Source: Rubripirellula sp.
GTDB taxonomy: Bacteria; Planctomycetota; Planctomycetia; Pirellulales; Pirellulaceae
Assembly (NCBI GenBank): GCA_965216875.1
Contig: OZ244207.1
Coordinates: forward strand, 1,632,001-1,696,000
Direction of reading: 5' to 3'
Length of the DNA: 64,000 nucleotides
Of this stretch, positions 48,195-57,599 are shown in pieces. The notes under the pieces are model-generated. The model worked only from the letters and a program-made list of their open reading frames with translations, was not told the origin of the DNA and did not search any database. Both the position numbers and the translations under genes were made by a program. Position 1 is the first letter of the stretch, and each line of letters begins with the position of its first letter.

Positions 48195-50036
48195 ATGATC
48201 GAGCCCAAACGTGCGCCCGTTCGGCCGCATATCACTTCGCCGCAAACCAACCAGCCCGTGTTGCTGGAGGACTACGTTGCCACTCGCATGCAATGTGGTG
48301 CCCCTTTCTATCTGCGGCTTTGCGGATCGAGCGGCTCGGGTAAACGAACAGCGCTTTGTCACCTCGCCGCATCCGAGCTCCCCTATCGACCGAAGTTGGT
48401 CGTCGGCAAAGAGCAGGTGAAGGGCGGGGCAGCGGGTGAATTTGATCAGCGTTTCGTGATCGAGGCCTCCAACGACATGCTGATCGGCGAATCGCTCAAG
48501 TCGGTGCGCCGCGGTGAAACAATCGTCTTGCGTCCGTGGAACATCGACGACCTGATCGAGTATTTGCTCTCAAACAACAGCAGTGAGGTTGGTCGCATCG
48601 TCGCCCAGTGCAAACGCCTCGACGTGATTGGCGAGACGATGGGGCGGCCAAGCGTCTGTCGTCTGGTGATGGACGAGCTGATGATCGACCGAACGCACCG
48701 GAGCCTTTCGGAGTGCATTCGCGGGGCGATTCGTCGCCAGTTCCCGAATCGAAAGAGGTACTTGAAAGCGATTCGAGCGTCGATCGCTGGTCGGCCGAGC
48801 CGCAGGTTGCCGCAGCATCTACAAGAATGCGTGAAGGTTCGTCGTGTCCAGCGGGCCCTTGCCGCTGACCTCGCTGTCGCTTGGATCAAGAATCAGGACT
48901 CGCATCGGACCGACGCCAGTCAGCTTGAGAGTTTCGAGTTGCTTGACGAAATCGTCGACTTGGCGTTCAACGACAGCGCACTTCAAGAGCGTCTGCAGGT
49001 CTATAGCGGAAAGCACATTGCGCTCGTCGCGAGTGTTCTTCATGCCCTCGACGGCGCTTGGCGTCCCGACACGGCGAAGGTCACGGACATCAAGGGTGGG
49101 CAATTCCGAGGCGCCATGTGGCCGAAGGTCGATTGGTCGGACATTGACGTTCGCAAAACCAACCTGTCCTACAGCAACCTTTCATCGGGCCAAGGCGAGG
49201 ACACTTCGTTCGCTGAGGCCGATTTGAGTGATGCGGAATTGGTCGATTGCAAGTTCAATAGGGTGAGTTTTCGCGAAGCGGATTTGCAGCATGCGAGTTT
49301 GCGGTATTCGAGTTTCGTCGCCTGCCGGTTCTTTAGTGCCCATCTGGAGGAAGCGAATTTCTCGGGGGCCAATTTGAACGATGTTTGTTTTCTTGGCTGC
49401 GACCTGAGCGATGCCAAATTTAGCGAAACGACGCTTCGCAAGGCATCGTTCCTTCAAGCGAGGTTAGATCGGATTGACTTCGAAAACAGCTGTGCCGTCG
49501 CCTGCACGTTCAATGCCCAGGACCTACACGCAGCCAACTGGTCCCATTCGGCGTGGTCCGAGACGCATTTCAAGGATTGTGATTTTGAATTTGCTCGCGT
49601 TGTCGGCGCGAGCTTTTTGCAGTGTGACTTTTACGGTTCAGACTTTACCAGCAGCGTGATGCGAGGCGTGAGTTTGGCAGGTTCGAACCTGTGTGCGTGC
49701 GGCTTGGCCGACGTTGATTGGCAGGGTGTCGATTTGCGAGACGCCGATTTGCGCGGCTGTGCGTTTCATCTTGGCTCCTCACGAAGTGGTCTGGTGGGGA
49801 GCCCTTATCCTGGGCATGGAAGCAAGACAGGGTTTTACACCAACGAATTTGACGACATTTGGCACCGCCCGCCCGAAGAGATTCGTCGGGCGAATCTCGT
49901 TGGCGCCGACCTGCGCGGTGCCGACGTGCGTCAAGCGGATTTCTATCTGGTCGATCTACGCGAAGCGGTCTATTCACTCGACCAAGAGCAGCACTTTCGC
50001 CGCTGCGACGCAATCCTATCCGACCGCCACGGTTGA
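48195..50036 (+). CDS. Pentapeptide-repeat protein with N-terminal P-loop-like region
   Basis: GSSGSGKRT near the N-terminus; long A(D/N)LxxA pentapeptide tract in the C-terminal half. Confidence 0.88.
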   Translation: MIEPKRAPVRPHITSPQTNQPVLLEDYVATRMQCGAPFYLRLCGSSGSGKRTALCHLAASELPYRPKLVVGKEQVKGGAAGEFDQRFVIEASNDMLIGESLKSVRRGETIVLRPWNIDDLIEYLLSNNSSEVGRIVAQCKRLDVIGETMGRPSVCRLVMDELMIDRTHRSLSECIRGAIRRQFPNRKRYLKAIRASIAGRPSRRLPQHLQECVKVRRVQRALAADLAVAWIKNQDSHRTDASQLESFELLDEIVDLAFNDSALQERLQVYSGKHIALVASVLHALDGAWRPDTAKVTDIKGGQFRGAMWPKVDWSDIDVRKTNLSYSNLSSGQGEDTSFAEADLSDAELVDCKFNRVSFREADLQHASLRYSSFVACRFFSAHLEEANFSGANLNDVCFLGCDLSDAKFSETTLRKASFLQARLDRIDFENSCAVACTFNAQDLHAANWSHSAWSETHFKDCDFEFARVVGASFLQCDFYGSDFTSSVMRGVSLAGSNLCACGLADVDWQGVDLRDADLRGCAFHLGSSRSGLVGSPYPGHGSKTGFYTNEFDDIWHRPPEEIRRANLVGADLRGADVRQADFYLVDLREAVYSLDQEQHFRRCDAILSDRHG

Positions 50037-50434
50037 GCCCTTCCGGTAGCTACGCTCGCCAGAGCGTGGGAGAGTGGTGAACGCCTGCCAACAGATACCA
50101 CCGTCTGGCGACGGTAGCTACATGACACTGCCACGTATGAGCTCTTCCGGTAGCTACGCTCGCCAGAGCGTGGGAGAGTGGTGAACGCCTGCCAGCATAT
50201 TCCACCGTCTGGCGACGGTAGCTACATGACACTGCCACGTATGAGCTCTTCCGGTAGCTACGCTCGCCAGAGCGTGGGAGAGTGGTGAACGCCTGCCAGC
50301 ACATTCCACCGTCTGGCGACGGTAGCTACATGACACTGCCACGTTTGAGCCCTTCCGGTAGCTACGCTCGCCAGAGCGTGGGAGAGTGGTGAACGCCTGC
50401 CAGCACATTCCACCGTCTGGCGACGGTAGCTACG
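50036..50434. repeat. About 3.8 tandem 104-bp REPIN-like units
   Basis: Units at 50041, 50145, 50249 and 50353: GGTAGCTACGCTCGCCAGAGCGTGG-spacer-CCACCGTCTGGCGACGGTAGCTAC-linker, nearly identical. Confidence 0.95.
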
Positions 50435-50532
50435 TGCGGGCTGAACGTTCCGAACCTGATTGGCTCGACTTGTGTCGCAACCCGACATCGGCGCACCATT
50501 GCGTTTCTTCTTTTTTTGCGATTGGTGCAACC

Positions 50533-51273
50533 ATGGGCACATCACACGGAAACTTTGTCAAATACCCCCGAACGCCGCACCTGTTTGGCGCGAGAGGGAC
50601 AGACGATGACAAACGCCTGGGCGAAAAACCGTCTCTCAAGCTAATCAGTGACGACTCGCTGATTGTTGAAGAGAAGATCGATGGTACGAATGTTGGCATT
50701 CACTTTGCCGACAATGGCGATCTCGTTTTGCAGTGTCGCGGACATCTGATCACCGAAGGCATGCACCCGCAGTACGATTTGTTCAAACAGTGGGCCAATG
50801 CGAAACGCTTCGATTTGGAACAGTGTCTTGAGAATAAATTCATTCTGTTTGGCGAATGGGTGTATGCGAAACACTCAATACGTTATCGAAAACTCTCTCA
50901 CTACTTTTTCGAGTTTGATATCTACAACAAAGAGTCCGAGTTGTTCCTGACGCTCGATGATCGGCTTGAACTACTCGAGGATACTGGCATCGAAACCGTT
51001 CCCATTGTGCATCGCGGCGCGATTGGTCGCGATGCACTGCAGTCACTGATCGGGCCGTCTCAGTTTTCAAGCGAGTTCGATAACCCCACGACCGGTCAAG
51101 TCGACCATCTGATGGAAGGGCTCTATGTGCGTACGGAATGCGACGGTTGCGTTTCGGCACGTGCCAAAATGGTACGACCCGAGTTTGTAGAAAAAGTCAA
51201 ACAAAGCAACCATTGGCAGCACGAGGCGATGGTTCCCAATGAACTCGCCGAGGGCGTGGATATCTGGACATGA
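50533..51273 (+). CDS. ATP-dependent RNA/DNA ligase-family nucleotidyltransferase
   Basis: KYPRTPHL, motif [17 protein letters not shown], IIIa FEFDIY, IV MEGLYVR, V AKMV; no OB domain. Confidence 0.9.
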   Translation: MGTSHGNFVKYPRTPHLFGARGTDDDKRLGEKPSLKLISDDSLIVEEKIDGTNVGIHFADNGDLVLQCRGHLITEGMHPQYDLFKQWANAKRFDLEQCLENKFILFGEWVYAKHSIRYRKLSHYFFEFDIYNKESELFLTLDDRLELLEDTGIETVPIVHRGAIGRDALQSLIGPSQFSSEFDNPTTGQVDHLMEGLYVRTECDGCVSARAKMVRPEFVEKVKQSNHWQHEAMVPNELAEGVDIWT

Positions 51274-52382
51274 ATTGGCAACAGCTAAGTCGATTGAGCC
51301 TTGACGGCGTCATTGATTGGTGCGAATCGCAAGATTGGTGCCAAGCGATGTCGTCGTGCGCTCAGGATACGGCTTGGCATGCCGAGGGGGACGTCTGGAC
51401 TCACACCAAGATGGTCTTTCGGCAGTTGAGTGAGCTTGAGGGCTGGAGGGAACTTCCTGAGACGCATCAGACGATCCTGACCTTTACAGCCCTCTTTCAC
51501 GATTCAGCCAAACCGGCGACGAGCCAGGTTGATCCGGAAACGGGCAAGATTCGATCACCCAACCACGCCGTCCGGGGTGAGCAGCTGGCACGGAACGAAT
51601 TGCGGCGTCTGGAATGTGACCTTTCCACGCGGGAGCAGATCGCGAAGCTGGTTCGTTTTCATGGTCGGCCCGTCTTTTTACAGGAGCGGAGTGAACCGTC
51701 TCATGAAGTTGCCCGGATGTCGTGTTACGTTTCGAATCGACTGCTGCATCTCTTTGCGCTGGCTGATCACCGCGGGCGCACCACCGCGTCTTCTGACCGC
51801 TCCGAAGAAAACCTGGCTTACTGGTTGCTGCTAGCCGAGGAGCTTGGCTGTGCAGATGATGTGTTTGCTTTTGCGAATGACCACGCGCGGTTCTCGTTTT
51901 TCCGCCAGCAAGAACCGAACCTGCACTACGCTCCGTATGCTGCGCGGTCTTGCCGCGTCACGATGATGGCAGGCGTTCCTGGGACGGGAAAAGACACTTA
52001 CCTGACCCGAAACCACGAGGACTTGCCGGTCGTTTCGCTTGACAACATTCGCCGCGAGATGAAAGTTGATCCGACCGACGAACAAGGTGCGGTGATTCAG
52101 ACCGCTCGTGAGCAGTGTCGCGAGTACCTACGCGGAAAGAGGTCGTTCGCGTTTAACGCGACGAACCTGTTGAAGGTGACCCGAGCGCGTTGGATTGACC
52201 TCTTCGCCGATTACGACGCCGAGATCGAGATCATCTATCTCGAGCCACCGCTGCATCGAATCCTGACACAAAACAAGAATCGGGATCACTCTGTGCCCGA
52301 GTCGGTGGTTCGCAAGATGTTAGGGCGGGTCGAGCCGCCAACGATTGCAGAAGCGCACCGAGTGAGATGGATCGCGCAATAA
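51270..52382 (+). CDS. HD-domain phosphoesterase fused to a P-loop polynucleotide kinase (HD-Pnk-like)
   Basis: [11 protein letters not shown]...LFHDSAKP...H...[27 protein letters not shown]...VPESVV. ATGA overlap with the ligase gene. Confidence 0.9.
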   Translation: MNWQQLSRLSLDGVIDWCESQDWCQAMSSCAQDTAWHAEGDVWTHTKMVFRQLSELEGWRELPETHQTILTFTALFHDSAKPATSQVDPETGKIRSPNHAVRGEQLARNELRRLECDLSTREQIAKLVRFHGRPVFLQERSEPSHEVARMSCYVSNRLLHLFALADHRGRTTASSDRSEENLAYWLLLAEELGCADDVFAFANDHARFSFFRQQEPNLHYAPYAARSCRVTMMAGVPGTGKDTYLTRNHEDLPVVSLDNIRREMKVDPTDEQGAVIQTAREQCREYLRGKRSFAFNATNLLKVTRARWIDLFADYDAEIEIIYLEPPLHRILTQNKNRDHSVPESVVRKMLGRVEPPTIAEAHRVRWIAQ

Positions 52383-52417
52383 ACGGTCGGTTCGCGCCAA
52401 GTTGCCGACTGATTTCA

Positions 52418-52834
52418 TCAACCGGGAAACGCGCCCGTCGCAAACCGCACGAGCTGGATGACCCACGCGACACTTAGCGTCAGCATCCAGGCGTGTAACC
52501 AGCGTGACGAAAGGGCAATGCGTTTTTTTCGAAACGGCGAAACGATGATGGCGCCGACCGTTGCTAGAAGCAGCCCCAACATCGGCAAGGCCAACGGGTT
52601 CCAAGCCAACGAGGCTTGCCAGTCTCCCGCGGCCATTGCTGTGATCGCGCGCGTTCCCCCGGTCGTCGGGCAGGGCAAACCAGTGATCGACAACCACAAC
52701 GATGGCGCGAGCTGGTTCATCACGAGGTGCAACGCGTTCCATCCGGCGTAGACGACCAAGCACGCAGCGGCAGCGCATTTCAATGCGGATGTCTGCCGCT
52801 CGCTCGGTCGGTCGGAATGCGCTGTCGTGCTCAC
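52418..52834 (-). CDS. DUF2752 family membrane protein
   Basis: ITGLPCPTTGGTRA...GDWQASLAWNPL. Confidence 0.85.
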   Translation of the reverse strand: MSTTAHSDRPSERQTSALKCAAAACLVVYAGWNALHLVMNQLAPSLWLSITGLPCPTTGGTRAITAMAAGDWQASLAWNPLALPMLGLLLATVGAIIVSPFRKKRIALSSRWLHAWMLTLSVAWVIQLVRFATGAFPG

Positions 52835-52957
52835 GCTACAGTTCGCCTGAGGATGGTGGGCGTAGTGGAACAGGTTTTGCCCGTCGTTCCTGGGCGCCGA
52901 AACTGGGCGTCGATGTTCGATGGCCCAGTTGGGTCAAGGACGGGCTGGTTCAAATCC

Positions 52958-53095
52958 CTAGCTCTTCGGCGCGGCTTTCGTGGAATCAAGAACGAAAGGA
53001 AGCCAGCACAACGGCAGGCAAACGAAGATCAGAATGATGAAGACGATGACGCCCGATTGATTGAGTCCAAGAAAGACTTCTTCACCTTGTGGCAT
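52958..53095 (-). CDS. 45-aa single-TM microprotein (below the ORF-track cutoff)
   Basis: AGGAGA RBS followed by ATG; MPQGEEVFLGLNQSGVIVFIILIFVCLPLCWLPFVLDSTKAAPKS*. Confidence 0.75.
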   Translation of the reverse strand: MPQGEEVFLGLNQSGVIVFIILIFVCLPLCWLPFVLDSTKAAPKS

Positions 53096-53270
53096 GGGGA
53101 TTCTCCTGAAGAGTTGAAAGCGTTTGTCAGCCTAATAGGTCCTATTGTGCGCGAAATGGGGCGCGCAAATGTGCTCGCCGTGCATTTGGGTGGTAGGGAT
53201 CTCGCCATTGGTTGTGTTCATGCGTACAATCCCCGCTCGGTTTGTTAACACTTGATGAGGAATGGGAAAG

Positions 53271-53621
53271 ATGGCGAAAAAGATCGACTGGAGCTATCAC
53301 CGCAAGGGCTGAACGTCCTGCACTCGCGCGCAAGAGTTTCTTGCGCCCCGCAGCGTGTCCACCAAGGAAGAGGTGGATGCAAGAAAAGTTCGCATGGCAG
53401 GTGACGAGGCACTTGGGCTGCTCGAAGGGATGAGCAAACTCGTGGTTGCCAAAGGGAAAAAGGTTACCACGGTGAGTCTGAAAAAGGACCGCCCTGAGGA
53501 TGACGAGTTGATCAAAATGATGCTCGGCCCAACAGGCAACCTTCGCGCCCCTACAATGAAGGTCGGCAAAACCGTCCTGGTGGGTTTCAACGATGATCTC
53601 TACCAGGAAGTGTTTGGTTGA
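53271..53621 (+). CDS. ArsC/Spx-family thioredoxin-fold probable selenoprotein (UxxC)
   Basis: MAKKIDWSYHRKG-TGA-TSCTRAQEFL is in frame with the 53355 ORF. TGA at 53310-53312 occupies the first Cys position of CxxC. C-terminal GNLRAPT...LVGFN. Confidence 0.85.
53318..53353 (+). promoter_or_regulatory. Candidate bacterial SECIS hairpin
   Basis: GCGCAAGA-GTT-TCTTGCGC stem-loop beginning 16 nt after the UGA, with a possible lower CTGC/GCAG stem. Confidence 0.6.
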
Positions 53622-53866
53622 GCCCCATCTCTTAATATGTCGTCAGCTGCTCCCAAAGCTGACACGTGGATACAGCCTGTCTGGCTGGGCCGTCGACATT
53701 CGGACGCGTCGACTTTAGCCAATCCGCATCTATCTGAGCGAATTACTAGGTAGGCCTTGCAAAGGGTTAATACTTTCCTGGCACACTCCGACCACTGGAT
53801 TTCGGGTCGCGTGTGGCCGATGAGTAATTAACGCACAATCGTCATGTTCCCTACCCTTGGCACAGC

Positions 53867-54343
53867 TTGCGTGTTTTAAAGTCAGCAATAGCCGTGGGGC
53901 CCCACGCTCCGAAAACTAAGATGTCGACAAATACTACACGATCGCCCTCGTTTGCTCAGCCTGTCTTATCGGTTGAGAGTGAGCAGCAAATGAACATTCC
54001 AGCACAGCGCATTCCATGGCTGAATTATTGCGAGACGGTTCGTGGCTGTTATGGGGGCGATGCCGTCGACTTAGAGCGTCAAATTGCCGTTGCCTTGCAG
54101 CAACTGTCGCATCATTCCTGCACCGAAACCATCATGGAAGTAAGAGCGTTATTGCGAGTCCGTTTGGCTCTGGCATCCACGCTGCAGGAACGTGCGCGGT
54201 TACGTAAGTTGTATGGCAGCTATTTGATCTTGTGGCCGGAACTGATGGAGCCAGTTGACGGATGCGCGAGCTTGCTTGGTGACGTGACGAGTGAAGTGTC
54301 GGATCATGCCACGCGTTTGCTCAGCCCCCACGGGACTAACTAG
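53867..54343 (+). CDS. Hypothetical protein
   Basis: Open frame, helical Leu-rich; start could be 53921 or 53990; overlaps the convergent gene by 8 nt. Confidence 0.45.
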   Translation: MRVLKSAIAVGPHAPKTKMSTNTTRSPSFAQPVLSVESEQQMNIPAQRIPWLNYCETVRGCYGGDAVDLERQIAVALQQLSHHSCTETIMEVRALLRVRLALASTLQERARLRKLYGSYLILWPELMEPVDGCASLLGDVTSEVSDHATRLLSPHGTN

Positions 54344-57300
54344 ATTGGTTCGCTCGGCGATTCTCACCATATTTTTGAGCGAGTTCGTGCATTCGCCGGG
54401 CGCCCAAGCGAGTGGCGATGTCCCAGAGGTTTCTTGAGATTACGATCTCTTTGCTCAGGATCTCTCGTCTGCACATCGAAAGCGGAGACCGTACACGGTT
54501 GGCCAAAGGGTCAATTTGGAATTCGGACCAACGTCGTGTTCTCTTGCCTTTGAGTGTTGCGGAGAAAATGATACTTCCCTGAAAGCTCTTGCCATCCAGA
54601 TCACGAAACGTATGCACGCGACGGTTTTCGTGTGAATCCGGGATGATCGTTTCAAAATAGTGGGCAACGTGTTCACAAATCAGCAGCAACTCGTCAGTTG
54701 CCGCACCTGGATGGGGTGTCGCGCGCGCGGGTTCAACATTTTCAAAAGCTTGATTGATCAACGCGCTTTCCGGTCGCCTGTCGAGCAGGCGTGTCCGAGC
54801 ATGGAAGTCTACAAATACTGCGAAGGCGCGATCGACTTCGCTGTGATGCATGTCCTCAAATTTTGTCATTGCGTGCCGTGCAGCATGTTCGAATAAGTCC
54901 GAACAGTTATGATCGACAATTCTCTCCTGAAGAATGTAGTGACGTCGAAAATACTTTCTGAACCAGCGGTAGCAGTCTTTTTGCAGGTCTCCCAGGTCGC
55001 GTGTGTCCGTGGGGAAAACGTTCCCTAAAGCACGTTGCCGCACACTATCCCAAGAGCTTGCGTTGATGAGTTCGTCGTAGGGGACGTTGTGCATCACTTG
55101 TGACACGTAATAGGTCGCGATGAACACCGTAACATAGGTTTCGAGAGCAGCATAAAACAGGTCTCTTGGATGATTGCGATTGGCATAGGGACTGAGAGAC
55201 AGCTCTGCAAATGTGACACGCCAAAATAGTCTCCAGTCGCCCTTGAAAACGAACAAGAGCACCATGCATTGAACGAAAAGCTCTTCTTGGCGACTCCAAA
55301 GCGCGAGTTGTTGGCTGCGCGTTAGATCTGCGGCCGAGTTAGGGAGTCCGCGTGGTGTTCCGTAGCATTCCGACACCGTGTGAAAGCCTTCATGCAAGCA
55401 TTCCAGGTAGCCGAACCCGTTGAAGAGGGTAGAAAAGTCGAGGCGGACACGAGTCAAACTTGGATAGGGGGCATCCTCGGGGGTTCGCGGGCGTCGACGC
55501 ATTTGACTGCAGATCACGCTTCGCGAGAGCAGCGTTCGAGGATTTTCAGACAGCTCCAAAATGCCCCCAAGACGCGATCGAACGTAACGCTGATCCAATG
55601 CGCGAACGACGCCTATTGAACACTTTAGTGCCGAGTCGGCACAGCGAATGTACTTTGCACAATTGGTTTGCCAGCCATATCGCGAGGCGTCGCTTGAGGA
55701 ATGCGGATAGATCCGACTTCGAAGCGTTTGCCAGAACGCTGCGATATTGACTTGCAACTCTTCGACTATCAACTCTTCCGAGAAAGCGCTCCGTTGGTTG
55801 GGAGTTAGCTGGTCAACCCAGGCCATCAGGTCGACAGTGAGGATCTCGTAAAAGGTCGCCAGCCCGTCGTACATGTCGACCACTTGATGCGCGACGCTAT
55901 GATCAGAAATCAGCAACGCGTATTCTTCAAAAAACGAGATGATCGCGCGTCGCAACGTACGCGGTAGTTGTAGCTTCTTCAACGACAGAGAGAGTTTCGA
56001 CAGCTCGAAACCGGGGGAATCATCAGGCAGTGCGCGATCGTAGCTGAACAAACCTTGCCCAATCTCCCAATAGTATTTCAGCAACTCCGGAGAATCGCCG
56101 CCGGACGGTACTTGATGCTGGCCCAAGAGCGACTCGACGTACTCGCGTTGCGTCAAAGGGATTGGAACGGGCAAACTCAAGACGCTATTGAGCCCTAAGA
56201 CTCCCGTCTCACTGGCGCCATCCTGGATCGGATGACCATTCGGATAGAGTCCAAGCTGGCGATAGGCTGCGCTGCTCAGATGGATCAAACTCCGAGTCGG
56301 CATGAATGTTCGTTGGACATAAGAGCCGTGATCGCCCTCTCGTTCACCGTCACGCTCTCGTCGGCTACGTGGCCAAGTGAAGATCAAATCACGAGCACCA
56401 ACCGTGCAGACGGCATAGTCTTTGCCGGTATTGAGATTGATTAGATCCGGGCGATTGACTGCGTCGCTTTTGACTAACTGGTGATGGACTCGGTTGATTT
56501 CTTGGTAAGCGCCAGGCACAAGTGACACGTCAACGCGCGAGTCGACAACACCTTGCACTTCAGATTGATCCGCATCGGCAGTGAACACTTCTGGTGAAAC
56601 GCCCATGGTTGTATGCGTCGCGCTAAGCAATTGCGCATTACCGAGCTGAGAGATCGCTCCTGCTTGGCCTAGCTCGGAATCGTCGACGTACTTCTGGCCA
56701 AATGGCGACGCACGAATCATGTCGTCAAGCGGAAGGAATGGACGTAGGTCAGTCAATCGCAACTGGCGCAGGGCGAGCAGGACGGATGCAATAACCGAAT
56801 AATTGCGTCCGAAGAACACCATTGCGATGTCTGTGTCACCCTGGCCGTGCAGCAGAGCGATCTTATTCGAGTGGTTGACCGTGCTGGTCGCCGGTAACGC
56901 AACCGAGTCAAATTCCTTCTCTAATGCGATGAGCGTCTTTGCTGTCGAGACGGCAATCAGCTTCGTGATCGCTTCGGTCATTCGCTGCCCGCCTAGGTGT
57001 TCTGCGACTCCAGACAGGTTGATTTCAGCGACTGCAGCGAGCGGAAGTCCAGTTCGTGATAAGGAGGTTTCGTTGGCACCAGGACTGAACAAAGATCTGA
57101 AGTCGCAAAAGACCGACAGGCGGCCTAGTTCGGTTGATGTCAGAAGGTCTTTGAGGGATTCTCGTATGCTATCGACCCGAGGACAGAACCCGAGAATGTG
57201 CTTGTCGCAGTTTGCGTTGGCCTTAATCCCTATCGTTGTTGCCGCGTCGACTTCATCTACCAGACAAAGTCCGATTGCATCCGAGTTTCCAAAAACGGAA

Positions 57301-57560
57301 AAGTAGCAGGGGCGATAAAGATAGTCGTCAAAGCGAGTTTCGGCCTCTGTATATTCGATCCCGTGTTTCTTTTGCTCCGCGATGAACTGATCCTGGCGAT
57401 CGACCAGTGTTGCTCGGTACGCTGCGATCGACTCAGAAAATCGGCTTGGTCCGCTTCCAACAAAGGGATCGTACTTATTCGTCTTTCCCCTTAACCGCAC
57501 CGATGTTGCGTCACTGAACCACGTAATCAGTGCAGCGTAGTCCTCGTATTGAAGATTCAT
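54336..57560 (-). CDS. Large hypothetical protein with HExxH metallopeptidase-like motif
   Basis: 1074-aa uninterrupted ORF; LHEGFH followed by EELF. Confidence 0.8.
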   Translation of the reverse strand: MNLQYEDYAALITWFSDATSVRLRGKTNKYDPFVGSGPSRFSESIAAYRATLVDRQDQFIAEQKKHGIEYTEAETRFDDYLYRPCYFSVFGNSDAIGLCLVDEVDAATTIGIKANANCDKHILGFCPRVDSIRESLKDLLTSTELGRLSVFCDFRSLFSPGANETSLSRTGLPLAAVAEINLSGVAEHLGGQRMTEAITKLIAVSTAKTLIALEKEFDSVALPATSTVNHSNKIALLHGQGDTDIAMVFFGRNYSVIASVLLALRQLRLTDLRPFLPLDDMIRASPFGQKYVDDSELGQAGAISQLGNAQLLSATHTTMGVSPEVFTADADQSEVQGVVDSRVDVSLVPGAYQEINRVHHQLVKSDAVNRPDLINLNTGKDYAVCTVGARDLIFTWPRSRRERDGEREGDHGSYVQRTFMPTRSLIHLSSAAYRQLGLYPNGHPIQDGASETGVLGLNSVLSLPVPIPLTQREYVESLLGQHQVPSGGDSPELLKYYWEIGQGLFSYDRALPDDSPGFELSKLSLSLKKLQLPRTLRRAIISFFEEYALLISDHSVAHQVVDMYDGLATFYEILTVDLMAWVDQLTPNQRSAFSEELIVEELQVNIAAFWQTLRSRIYPHSSSDASRYGWQTNCAKYIRCADSALKCSIGVVRALDQRYVRSRLGGILELSENPRTLLSRSVICSQMRRRPRTPEDAPYPSLTRVRLDFSTLFNGFGYLECLHEGFHTVSECYGTPRGLPNSAADLTRSQQLALWSRQEELFVQCMVLLFVFKGDWRLFWRVTFAELSLSPYANRNHPRDLFYAALETYVTVFIATYYVSQVMHNVPYDELINASSWDSVRQRALGNVFPTDTRDLGDLQKDCYRWFRKYFRRHYILQERIVDHNCSDLFEHAARHAMTKFEDMHHSEVDRAFAVFVDFHARTRLLDRRPESALINQAFENVEPARATPHPGAATDELLLICEHVAHYFETIIPDSHENRRVHTFRDLDGKSFQGSIIFSATLKGKRTRRWSEFQIDPLANRVRSPLSMCRREILSKEIVISRNLWDIATRLGARRMHELAQKYGENRRANQSS

Positions 57561-57599
57561 TCAGGGCAGTCGCAAGTGAGGGTGATTGTGGGACGCGGA

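Noticed and set aside
50036..50434. CRISPR array
   Set aside because: The spacers are near-identical, units contain inverted REP pairs found elsewhere in the window, and no cas genes are present.
50386..50532. N-terminal extension of the ligase
   Set aside because: Starts inside the repeat array; the conserved KYPRTPHL motif points to ATG 50533.
53355..53621. 88-aa stand-alone ORF or pseudogene
   Set aside because: Better explained as the 3' part of a UGA read-through selenoprotein, although a pseudogene cannot be excluded without genome context.
53622..53866. tRNA or att site at the island boundary
   Set aside because: No cloverleaf, T-loop consensus or matching direct repeat found by eye.
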